Shown here: in pieces, positions 53,724 to 64,000 of the stretch
Layout of the letters: every line of letters starts with the position of its first letter
Numbering within the stretch: position 1 is the first letter of the stretch
From: Nemertoderma westbladi
Taxonomy: Eukaryota > Animalia > Xenacoelomorpha
Direction: 5' to 3'
Assembly: GCA_032718475.1 (NCBI GenBank)
Contig: JAUCBJ010005423.1
Coordinates: 1-64,000, forward strand
DNA length: 64,000 nucleotides
Notes under the pieces: model-generated
What the model saw: the letters and a program-made list of their open reading frames with translations, nothing else
What the model was told of the DNA's origin: nothing
Databases searched by the model: none
Translations under genes and position numbers: made by a program

Positions 53724-54242
53724 AGAATAGCTAGTAATAAAAAAAAATTTATTTATTTATATTATTATTAAAAAATTTATCTATCGGTACCGGTACCAAA
53801 TTGTATTATTTGTTAAATTTAGTAGCTGTTTTAAAATAAAAAAAACTAGCTACCCGGTATATGTTTTAGAACATTAATATATTTTATTTTATTTATGTAA
53901 TATAAATAATATATAATAATAAAAAATGTAAATCATTGATATTTCAGGTTTAAATTGTTGTAGAATATATTAATGACCAAAAATATTGATGATATTATAA
54001 AAGTTTACAGTGTATATTAATTCTTTTTAATTTTGTTTACTTTCTTAAAAAAATACTAGCTAGTAGAAGCTATCTCAGCTTCATTCCCCTGGGCGCCAGA
54101 ATGGCTCGCTACGCCTCTGCATGGCAACAGATAAGAGTTCTAGAACAAAAAATATATAATACACACTATTGTAGAAAAAAATTAATATAAAAAAATCATT
54201 GTTCTAGAACATATAGCTAGTAATTTTTAAATTTAAAATAGC

Positions 54243-54875
54243 GGTACTACTATGTTAGGGGTACCCACTTTTTGACCATTTATTTGACAATGTTAATGAC
54301 TATTATCTTGAGGTTTTTTGTTTTATAACATTAATGTCATCTTCTGTTAGACGTTAGCTATTGTTTTTTTATGGTAGCTAGTGATTTCTTTTAGGTAGCT
54401 ACTGTTTTTAAAATTACAAAACCAAATTTTTGGTACCTAATTTTTGATCAATTTTTTTACCATATTATTGGATATTATCATGATGTTTTTCGTTCTAGAA
54501 CATAAATTTCACCTTCTGAGAGAGGTTACCTATTATTTTTTATTAATTAAATTTTTTTTAATTTACAAATTTAAAAGTACTAGCGACTATCTTACTGTCA
54601 GAAGGTCAAATATTTGTTCTAGATAAAAAACCTCATAATAAAATATACGTATTTTTACAAGAAAAAAGTTTGTCAAATTGTTTTTCAATTTTTCAATTAT
54701 AATTTTTTTCACTAGCTAATAAAAAGTACTAGCTAACACAAAATCAAAATTACTAGCTACCATCGTACTGGCAGAAGGTCAAATATTTGTTCTAGAACAA
54801 AAAACCTCATGATAAAAGCCATTTTTATATGAAAAAATTTGTTTAAAAAGTGGGTACCCATAACATAGTAGTACC
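54243..54875. mobile_element. Duplicated, internally deleted copy of the same Merlin MITE
   Basis: Same TIRs, with a perfect TSD AAAATAGC at 54235-54242 and 54876-54883. Confidence 0.9.
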
Positions 54876-55762
54876 AAAATAGCTAGTAATAAAAAAAAAT
54901 TTATTTATTTATATTATTATTAAAAAATTTATCTATCGGTACCGGTACCAAATTGTATTATTTGTTAAATTTAGTAGCTGTTTTAAAATAAAAAAAACTA
55001 GCTACCCGGTATATGTTTTAGAACATTAATATATTTTATTTTATTTATGTAATATTATACAGTACCGGTATGTATTATACACTATTCTAGAGCATAAATA
55101 ATACAAATAATATAATGTTCTAGAACATATAACTAGTTATTTTTCAAATTTAAAATAGCTAGTAATACAAAAAAAATTATTTATTTATATTATTTATTTA
55201 TTAGAAAATTTAACTAACAAATTGGATATTTCTTTAAATTTACTAGCTATTTCAAATAAAAAAAAAACAAGCTATATGTTGTAGAACATTATATTTTTTA
55301 TTTTATTTATGTTCTAGAATAGTATATAATAATTTTATATTGTTCTATAACTCTTCAATGTTGCCATATTAACAATGACATATATGTTTTAAAAATGCAC
55401 TTCTATACGGAACTATACCCTAAAAATGTTCTAGAACAAATATTTTTTGTTCTAGAACATTTTAAAAAATTTGTTTTGAAATAACGAAAAAAATACACAT
55501 ATAAATAATAAACATTCATATTTTGTTAGTTTAGAGAAAATAAAATACCAAATATTAGAATTTACAATTATTATTTGCAATATTTATTATTATTTGCAAA
55601 AATACCAGCTACCATAAAAATATTTAACAACTACCACAATATTGTGTGAAGGTTCAACTATGTTCTAGAACACTAATTAAAACCAAAAAACACATTAAAA
55701 ATACACATAAAAAAATCCGGATTTGGTGTAGGCCTACATGTACGGAAGTAATACCAAATGTT

Positions 55763-56433
55763 GGTATTAGTATGGCCTGTGACCCCACTTTTTGATGAAA
55801 AAAACTAACTAGATAGTCTATTTAGATAGAGTCTAACTAAACTGAAAAAAACTAACTAGATAGAACGATCTATTGCGATGTTCCAGAATGTTATTTGACA
55901 GTTGCCATGGTTACCATTTTGGAGAAAAAAGGCCTTTTAAGAATGTTAGTTTTGAAAATTTATGTACAATAAAATTGCTTAATTTTGCGTGTAAAAACCA
56001 TAGTTAGCGGATAGAAGGGATGTGTGGACATGCCAAGCTAGGCTTGATGAGGAACAAGAGAGGAACCAATAAGAACCTGTTACAGAATCATCTCGCTGAA
56101 TTTTGGTGGCGAAATTACAACAGGGAGGCCCCATTCAGCAAACTGCTAACACTAATAAACAATAGGCCTAGCGAATTATAGAAATCTGTTTAATTCAGTT
56201 CAAAAACAAAAAACTAATCAATTTACAATGTTATATTCATTAAATAACATATTCGATTAACCTTCAATAAATCATTATTTACAACACTTGGTTACCATAG
56301 CAACACAAGAAAAATGTTCCAGAATGTAGAACTTGAGTGGGGCAAACATAATACCAACATATGTAGCTAGTAATCATAAATTACTTGCTAGTTTTTTTCA
56401 TCAAAAAGTGGGGTCACAGGCCATACTAATACC
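55763..56433 (+). mobile_element. Merlin deletion derivative with ~45-bp TIRs
   Basis: GGTATTAGTATGGCCTGTGACCCCACTTTTTGATGAAAAAAACTA at 55763 and its reverse complement ending at 56433. It encloses a transposase C-terminal remnant; TSD not clear. Confidence 0.85.
56011..56181 (+). pseudogene. C-terminal remnant of a Merlin (IS1016/IS1595-like) DDE transposase
   Basis: IEGMCGHAKLGLMRNKRGTNKNLLQNHLAEFWWRNYNREAPFSKLLTLIN fits the Merlin pattern IExxWxxxK...RG...LxxYLxEFxWR...PFxxLL. Not in the ORF track. Confidence 0.8.
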
Positions 56434-57379
56434 TATTAAATGAATAGATAATATGTTCTATAACTTTTTTTTTTAAGTAACAAAATCTAGCTAGTATAAA
56501 AAATTTGTGCCCGAAACACAGTAGTACCTGTAGGGCTACTACATAGAGGACATTCATGCATGAAATGCATTACCGTACTTAATCTCGCTTTCGCAGTTTA
56601 ACTCTATGTTAGCTAATAACATAAGTAAGACCATGATTGCTTTTGTTTAAAATATTTCAGGGTTAGAAATAATAGTTACCTTGGTTCCATAACTGAAAAT
56701 TTAGGGTTAAATTGACAGATTGGTGTGAAAATCTGTAAACCTACCTAAAAATAACTTTTAATAACTTTTTCTTTGAGAAAGTCTGGCCATGATGCACCTT
56801 GAGCAACTCATTCAATATAAGCGCTCCTACGGCTTGAAGCAATCGTAATACCAGGCCTGCTCACTACATTCTAGAATACGTCGAGCTTACATCGGTGTTA
56901 CCCGACCTGACGAAAATAAATTTAATCATATAATATATCAATCGAAGAAGAATTTCAAGGCATTACGGTGCGTTGTATCACTTTTATTTGTTAAGTACGC
57001 ATCTCGCATAATATCGCATTAAATACTACTAAATATTTCACTTATTTTTAATTTTATTTTTCTTATTTATTATTTTTGCTCACTTATAGTTCCGCCCATG
57101 TTGCGATCAGGTAAATTGCGCCATTTCGTTTTGATAGAGATTTCCTTATCTGCGGATAGACGTTGGAAACGTGTGATAAAATGCAGCGACCTGAGAAAGG
57201 ACTTGCTTGTCTTTTGCGAAACAAGATTGCTGCGATAAAACGAATTGGCTGCAATAATGTGAACTACTGTATAATGGGAACACGATAGCAGCACCATCGA
57301 AATTGTTAGTCACTTTTTACAGATAATGTACTAAATGTCACTATGACTGAATGAGTAAAATGACCAAATTCAGTCAGGT

Positions 57380-59490
57380 CAGGTCCCCAGATCCTGCTAC
57401 CACCATGGCAGTAATGTGGTACTACCTGTAGCTTCCAGCCCAGTAGGGCAGACCCGATAAGCATAGCCTATTCATTATTTAGTTGATCAAGAGTGGGTTG
57501 GTTTAGCCCCGTCAACTAAATAAGTCATTGAAGGCAAAGGCTTGAGTGCGCATCTGTAATAGATATGATACACGCCCCGCTCTGTCTATACTGGATACTC
57601 CTCTACCAGTGTTAGGTACCCTAACCCAGGAGGCACACTTGGTTCCGGGTGTAACAAATGGACCCCTACAGTCGGCAGCAGGGCTGTAGGCCATGGATAG
57701 GCGGAAGAACGGCTAGACATGCTGAAAAGGTCGGTGGAAGGTAATCAACCAACGGCGACCTACTGCGAAGACGCTTGTAGGAGTTGCGACCACAAGCGGT
57801 TTACTCTCGCAACTGAAAGATATGAGTATGAGAACCCTCCAGGAGAAATACCGGCTCAGTCGTCGCCTGGGTCAACAAGGACTGCGTCCCTCAGTGGTAC
57901 ACCAGACTGGGGTCGATAAATTGGCTACTGGAACAGAAGACAGAGAAGAAAGAAGAACCAAACTGCTGAAATGTAAAAACACACTAAAGATTGCTACAAT
58001 GACACAATTGCTACAATGAACGCACGCACGCTGAAAGCACATATAACATCGACATCATCTGCTTCCAAGAACATCGGATTTGTCATGAAGACACTGCCAT
58101 GAAGTACAATGACATTGGAAATGGATGAACGTTAGTGACAAGTTCAGCAGTAAGAAACTCGGCCAATGCATCAATTGGTGGAGAAGGAATTCTGCTAAGC
58201 CCATTTGCACTTAAGACCCTAAACAACATCGAATCTATAAATTCCAGGGTTATGATCGCAACATTTGAGGGGAATCCCAAGACAACAGTAATATGTTGCT
58301 ACAGTCCAACCAATGCCTCAGGAGACAGAACAAGCAGTCAAGTTTTATGAAGATCTGACTGGTCTTATAAAGGACATTCCGAAACACAATGTTAAAGTCA
58401 TTGCTGGTGACCTGAATGCTCAAATTAGCCCAGAAGACATCAAGGGTTACACATATAACACCAGTTCTAATAGAAATGTGTACTTACTTTTAGACCTAAT
58501 GTAAGAATGTGAATTGATACCAACAAACACCACATTCGAAAAGAGTAAGGGGAAGCTATGGACCTTTCAATACCCTAATGGAACCAAAGCACAACTGGAT
58601 TTCATCCTTATAAACATAAAGTGGAGAAACAGCATGATCAACTACGAGGCATACAGGTCGTTCAACCTAATTAGTTCGGACCACAGAATTGTGTCTGCAG
58701 AGATTAGACTCAGTTTGAGAGCCAGCAAACCCAGGACAAGCAAGCAAATCAACTATGACTGAGAGAAACTCAGAACTGACAATGCAGTAAAGGATGCTTA
58801 CACAGTAGAAGTCCAAAACCGCTTTGAAGCACTTCAGTCAATGGATGAAAACCAGTCCACCGATTCAATATACCAGAATATAATAAAAGCCCACAAGGAA
58901 TCACCTAAGAGGTATATCCCCCAGAGACCCAAACGAAAACAGTATGTGCCATGGCAAAACTCTGAGGTTACTTGTAAGAGAGAAGATCTTCAGATAGCCT
59001 ACAAAGTAAAAACCGAACAACCAACAACCGAAATCATTAACAAGGTTGAGAAAGCTAAGGATGATCTTAAATTGGCCTACAACATCAGCCAGGAAAAGTA
59101 CATACAGGATAAAATTGAAGCAATTACAACTGCTCACATACAGCAACAATCAAGACTTACCTGGCAAACTGTGAATGAGGTATCTGGTCGGAAAAATTGT
59201 GCAAAGGGGCGCCTTAAAGCCGATAGTCCCGAAGAACGTGTGGGGAAGTGGAAAAATCACTTCAGCAACTTGCTTGGGCAACCACCAAACATCGAGGTCA
59301 GCCCTTACAAGGAAAATATATGACAAGACACTACCTATAGAGACAGGGGACTTCACACCTGCCGAACTCCAAAGAAGCATTAAAAGCATGTCCAATAATA
59401 AAGCGAGTGGATTAGATGAAATCCCAGTGGAGGTATGGAAAACATGAGTGCTAAACAGACCATTATTGAATGTTTGCAACTGGATGTTAA
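57380..59490 (+). mobile_element. RTE-clade LINE, part 1: 5' UTR, APE endonuclease and linker (decayed; 5' boundary approximate)
   Basis: KIATMNARTL, GILLSP, CYSPTN, IAGDLNAQI, QLDFILI, SSDHRIV, WKNHFSNLL and KASGLDEIPVEVWK, with several stops and frameshifts. Confidence 0.9.
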
Positions 59491-60691
59491 CCCTATTACC
59501 ACTGGTTCGGCCCACCCACTATATTTTTGTAATCGTCCAATAAAATCCTACAAAATTTGGGCTGTTGGTGAAACAACTATAGATGAACACTACCAAACCT
59601 TAAAAAGTTAAAATTTCATAAGCAGGGAATCATAATTTTGATGAAAAATTAAAGTAGTCCCAGGACAAAATTACAAAATTTTTCGTTTTCTAAAAACTAA
59701 TAGTGTGGCAGTGTTGGCTAGATTTAGTAGGTTTTTCAAGACGCTGAATCGAATGTGATTATATTCCATTTCCAAAAATTGAAGTGGATGCTATTTTTCG
59801 TGCACCTAAGAAGTGGGCGTGGCACTTCAAATTTTGAATAATTAGATATTCAGAAAATGCCCCTAATTTTTTATTTCAACGCATCGTTTTAGGTTTTCTG
59901 GGCCGCTGAATCGATTGAAAGTAATATAGAAGCCTGAAGACTTAGTGGTTCGCCATTTTTGGTGCACCAAAATTAGGGCGTGGCACTTCAAATTTTGAAA
60001 CATACGAAATTCGGAAAATAAACCAAAATTCAAATTTTAACGCATTTATATAGGTTTTCTAGACCGCTGAATCGATTGAAAGTAATATAGAAGCCTGAAG
60101 ACTTAGAGGTTAGCCATTTTTGATGTACCAAAATTAGGGCGTGGCACTTCAAATTTTGAAAAATGAAATGAAAAATTTTGGTGCACCAAAAATGGTGAAC
60201 CACTAAGTCTTCAGGCTTCATATTACTTTCAATCGATTCAGCGCTCCAGAAAACCAATAAAAATGCTTCGAAATCCAAACTTTAGTAAATTTTCCGAATA
60301 AAGTAATTTTGAAATTTTAAAGTGCCACGCCCTAATTTTGGTGTTTCAAAAATAACGTACCACTACACTTACATACTTACTTGTATAGAGCATTAGAGTG
60401 ATCCAAACCAATAAAAATAATTAAAAATAGCCCAAACATAAATAATTACGAAATCACGAATGACTTTGTAAAATTCGAAAATTTCAAAAAATTTGGTGCT
60501 GGAGACCAAATTTTGAGGTGGCATCCACATCGAAAAATAGAAATCCAATTGCAACGTCGTTTTTTGCAAAAGATGTGGCATTCAATTTGGCTAATTCTCA
60601 ATAAAAATTGGGCCGTTACGTAATGTGGTTACATAGTTACAGCAACTAAAAACTAGGAAGGGGCCGATTCGGCCACCCCCAGTGGTAAGAG
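59491..60691. mobile_element. piggyBac-type MITE inserted at TTAA within the RTE
   Basis: TTAA (59487-90) CCCTATTACCACTGG ... CCAGTGGTAAGAG TTAA (60692-95). Excision restores the RTE frame VCNWMLKGENPSPIWAKGQLKPLPKKGD. Internal ~160-bp subrepeats occur in direct and inverted orientation. Confidence 0.9.
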
Positions 60692-61722
60692 TTAAAAGGG
60701 GAAAACCCTTCACCAATTTGGGCTAAAGGTCAACTAAAGCCTCTCCCCAAGAAAGGAGACCTCGGTATACCAACAAACTATCGTGGGATCTGTCTGCTTG
60801 TGGTAGCTGCCAAAATATACAATAAAATGGTTCTATATAGGATTAGGCCTCACATAGAGAAACTACTGCGTAAGAGCCAAAACTATTTCGACCAAGTAGA
60901 TCAAAAATAGCTCAGATACTTGCACTAGGGAGACTGATTGAAGGAATTAAGTCAAAGAATCTCACCACAGTCATGACTTTTGTGGACTTCAAGAAGGCAT
61001 TCGACTCCATCCATAGAGGTAAAATGCTTGAAATCCTAAGAGCTTATGGAATACCAGAAGTAATCGTTGCTGGCATTGGATTGTTATATTGTGACACAGA
61101 AGCACAGGTATTCTCACCAGATGGTGAAACTGAGTTTTTCTCAATCCTGGCTGGCGTACTGCAAGGTGACACATTAGCACCATTACTATTTGTAATTGTA
61201 CTGGATTATGCAATGAGGACGGCCACAAAGGGTGAAGATCTGGGATTCACACTTCAAGAACGCAGAAGTAGTAGATATCCGGCAACTACAGTCACAGACA
61301 CCGACTTCGCGGATGACATCGCCCTGCTCTCTAATACGCTAGCAGATGCACAGCTTCTAATTAATAAAGTGGAGAGGGCTGCTAAGGAGGTTGGATTGCA
61401 TATAAATGCTACCAAGACCGAATTCATGACTTTTAATGTTGATGGAAACTTGACAACCATTGATAATAATCAACTAAGGAAGGTTGACGACTTCCAGTAC
61501 CTAGGATCATGGATAGAGAGTAGCAAAAAGGACATAGAAGTTAGGAAAGCAAAGGCTTGGGTAGCTCTCTCAAAAATGGTTACCGTCTGGAAATCAGATC
61601 TCTCCAGGCACCTGAAGACTAAGTTCTTTCGAGCCACAGTGGAAAGTGTATTTTTATACGGGAGTGAGACCTGGACACTGACTAAATCACTTGAATTGAT
61701 GGTTGCTACACAAGACTACTAA
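60692..61722 (+). mobile_element. RTE-clade LINE, part 2: reverse transcriptase
   Basis: PKKGDL..NYRGI, FVDFKKAFDSI, GVLQGDTLAPLLF, DFADDIALL, FQYLGS, VFLYGSETW and DGCYTRLL. Confidence 0.93.
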
Positions 61723-63932
61723 CACTAGGGCTAATCCTAAACAATTTTGGAGGTATCTTCTGGATGGCAAACAAACATGTGCAGGAACACACATGAGGTC
61801 GAGTCTGCACAAAAATATGAAAGCTAAGTTTCAAGCGAACAAAGATCAACTCGACAGGAGGTCAAATCTAGAGAAACGATTAAATAACTCATGTGAAACA
61901 TAAAGTGAGAACGCCCCCAGATTATCGACTGTCACAGTTAAGCGAGCTATCTCTTCACTTAATAAACGCAAGGTACCAGACGCACGAAGTTTGACAGTAG
62001 AACACATACTGCACGCCAATGATGACATTATCTTCAACTTAATTACCAGTCTGCTAAATAGTTGTATTCGAATTGGATATGTCCCTGACATATTTGGAGA
62101 AACGCTGGTATCCTGTATATACAAAGGTAAAAACAAATATATTATGTGTCCAACGTCATACAGACCTATATCTTCGATATCTATTTTTGCCAAAATAATG
62201 GAAGCCATAATTCTTGATAAATATCTCGAAACCATTCTCATACCGTTTGATACTCAGTGGGCATACCGACAGCGCATTGGAACGGACCTTATTGTCGCAA
62301 ATATCGTAGAATGCATCGAGATGTACCAATATAGGGATCCCCTAGCTACTTCTGTCAACTTCATGTGGCCTCGGCATTCGATAGTGTTAACTATTGTATA
62401 CTATTTGATAAACAAAGTGATCACATCAACCTTTTCATATGTAGACTCCTATGGAGCTATTACAATAAGGGGATCATGTTTCTAAAATTCAACTCTTTAA
62501 TTGACTCAGAAGGTATTGTTATGTACAATGGAGTTAAACAAGGGTCCCTTATCTCACCGCTCCTATTTACTTTCTTTCTTAGTGATGTGTTTGCAGCACT
62601 ACACCAGTCAGGTAAAGGACACAGAGTGTTTAACGTAAACATGGGATCAACGTCATATGCAGATGATATTGGCTTACTCGCTTCATCACCATCGACTATT
62701 GAACTTCTGTCTACCATACTTATGTTAGAGCTTGGAAAAATAGAATTAAAAATAGACCCGGACAAAATACATTGGACTCTACTTTCGGGGCGAATACAGA
62801 CCTCTTCTCCACCTTTCCTGGAAATTAATAACCGCAAGTATGTGAAGTCAAACAGTCTCTGCTTCCTAGGTGTCAATATTGGAGACTCAGCCAGCTCATC
62901 ACCAGTTGAAAAAATAAGGAAAATTATATCACAGTACTGTGGAATCTTTTACCAAAAGGGATGGACTACGAGACACTATCGTGCTGAAACGATATCCTTG
63001 CTATGGAGAACAGCCGCTGTCCCAGCAATATTATACCGTACTCAATATATCTTTGGAGCACTCTCTGTCACCAATCTTGACCGGATTGACGCACACTATA
63101 GGAAACAACTGAGGTCGCTGTTAAATGTCGGGAATTATGTATCGAACGAAACACTTTATAAAGTTACCCAGATAAGACCAATTTAATGGAAGCCTCTCGA
63201 GATGCTGTAAGAAAAATTATTTGAGCTGCTGACTGCCCAAACCTACACCTGGGTACATCTCTCAATTCTGCACTGCTAACCAACTCGTCACTGACTGGTC
63301 AATCATATTCATCATATATCGGGTTGGGTAGCGTTATCAATCCGCCAGAAAGCGATACAGTCTGCCAATGCTGCGATCTATGATTTTTTATAGATATGAC
63401 CGGGAGAACTTACTTGGACGGGTCAATCCTCCCGTGCCATCCATGAAGGCCATCCATCATGGACAGTAACTTTATTTCGAAGCTATTCGCTATGAACGGA
63501 GTCACATTTACAATAAAGTAAAATCTACTGCTGAATTACTACAACATCTCCTTGCGACCGGACTAGACGCACTATAACATAATATAACATAACATTAACC
63601 ATACTCCGCAATTTATACTAATACTGTGCACTCCTGTGTTCTGAACAAATTTTATTGTGTTGTCTCATTTTATTAATAATGTATTTTAATAGGGTCCTAC
63701 TCGGTCCCATGCATTTTAAACTGTGTCATAACTGAATTTTATGACTAAATCCTATCGTGCTTGCTTAATTTTAATTAAATGGAATTTTATCCGCCATATC
63801 CGACCATAGTTTGTTGGAATTTTTACCTATAATATATGGAAATACCTACTTAATAACTTTCGTTCAATAACGGAATGGTGAAATTATTACTATAATATCA
63901 ATTAATTTGAATAATATACAAATCTATGTCTA
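61723..63932 (+). mobile_element. 5'-truncated RTEX-like LINE (RT domain) nested inside the RTE; decayed
   Basis: NPKQFWRY, LTVEHIL, SYRPISSIS, SAFDSVN, GVKQGSLISPLLF, YADDIGLL and FLGV, with an AT-rich 3' UTR ending in TCTATGTCTA. The host RTE frame resumes immediately afterwards. Clade assignment is by motif only. Confidence 0.75.
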
Positions 63933-64000
63933 TAAGGGCAGCCCAAAACATCAGCTGGAGACAACACATGACAAACGCCGAGCTTTATGGTACAATACCA
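63933..64000 (+). mobile_element. RTE-clade LINE, part 3 (continues beyond the window)
   Basis: RAAQNISWRQHMTNAELYGTIP continues the DGCYTRLL that ends at 61722. Confidence 0.88.

Larger units (their letters stand above)
52261..55054 (+). repeat. Tandem segmental duplication of a ~1.65-kb unit; second copy has an internal deletion of ~0.5 kb
   Basis: 52261-52899 matches 53907-54546, and ~53426-53903 matches ~54581-55054, both nearly identical. Segment ~52900-53410 is absent from copy 2. Confidence 0.92.
51040..56530. repeat. AT-rich nest of Merlin-type MITEs built from GTTCTAGAAC and TAGCTAG modules
   Basis: Dozens of TTCTAGAA and CTAGCTA motifs in both orientations. GGTACTA/GGCACTA/GGTATTA-type termini lie at ~51832, 52132, 52596, 53723, 54243, 54875, 55763, 56433 and 56528. 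Confidence 0.75.

Noticed and set aside
39502-56171. Recurrent TAGGCCTA octamer as a regulatory site or taxonomic marker
   Set aside because: Scattered without positional pattern; enrichment and host identity cannot be established from this window.

Overview
Eukaryotic, animal-like and repeat-dominated window with no complete host gene. Bases 1-96 are the 3' end and (TAG)n tail of an RTE-clade LINE, fused directly to a ~35.2-kb tandem array of a 38-bp AT-rich monomer (95-35290; roughly 900-1000 units by length estimate). Variation in the monomer is almost confined to a 10-bp palindrome, ACATCGATGT. The remaining ~29 kb is a nest of decayed transposons: a foldback element with ~0.5-kb TIRs and CATG ends (P/Galileo-like); TTAA/CCCTATTA-type MITEs; a near-complete CRE-clade (RLE) retroelement whose whole 5' half is inverted with twin-priming geometry; a second copy of the same RTE family with a ~170-bp target-site duplication and a doubled 3' end; a cluster of Merlin MITEs with 8-bp TSDs and a transposase remnant; and a long RTE carrying a piggyBac-like MITE and an RTEX-like LINE. 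The only host-gene sequence I recognise is a terminal TSPO-like exon (44620-44790, minus strand) that the ORF track missed. All calls come from manual reading and translation; no database searches were run.
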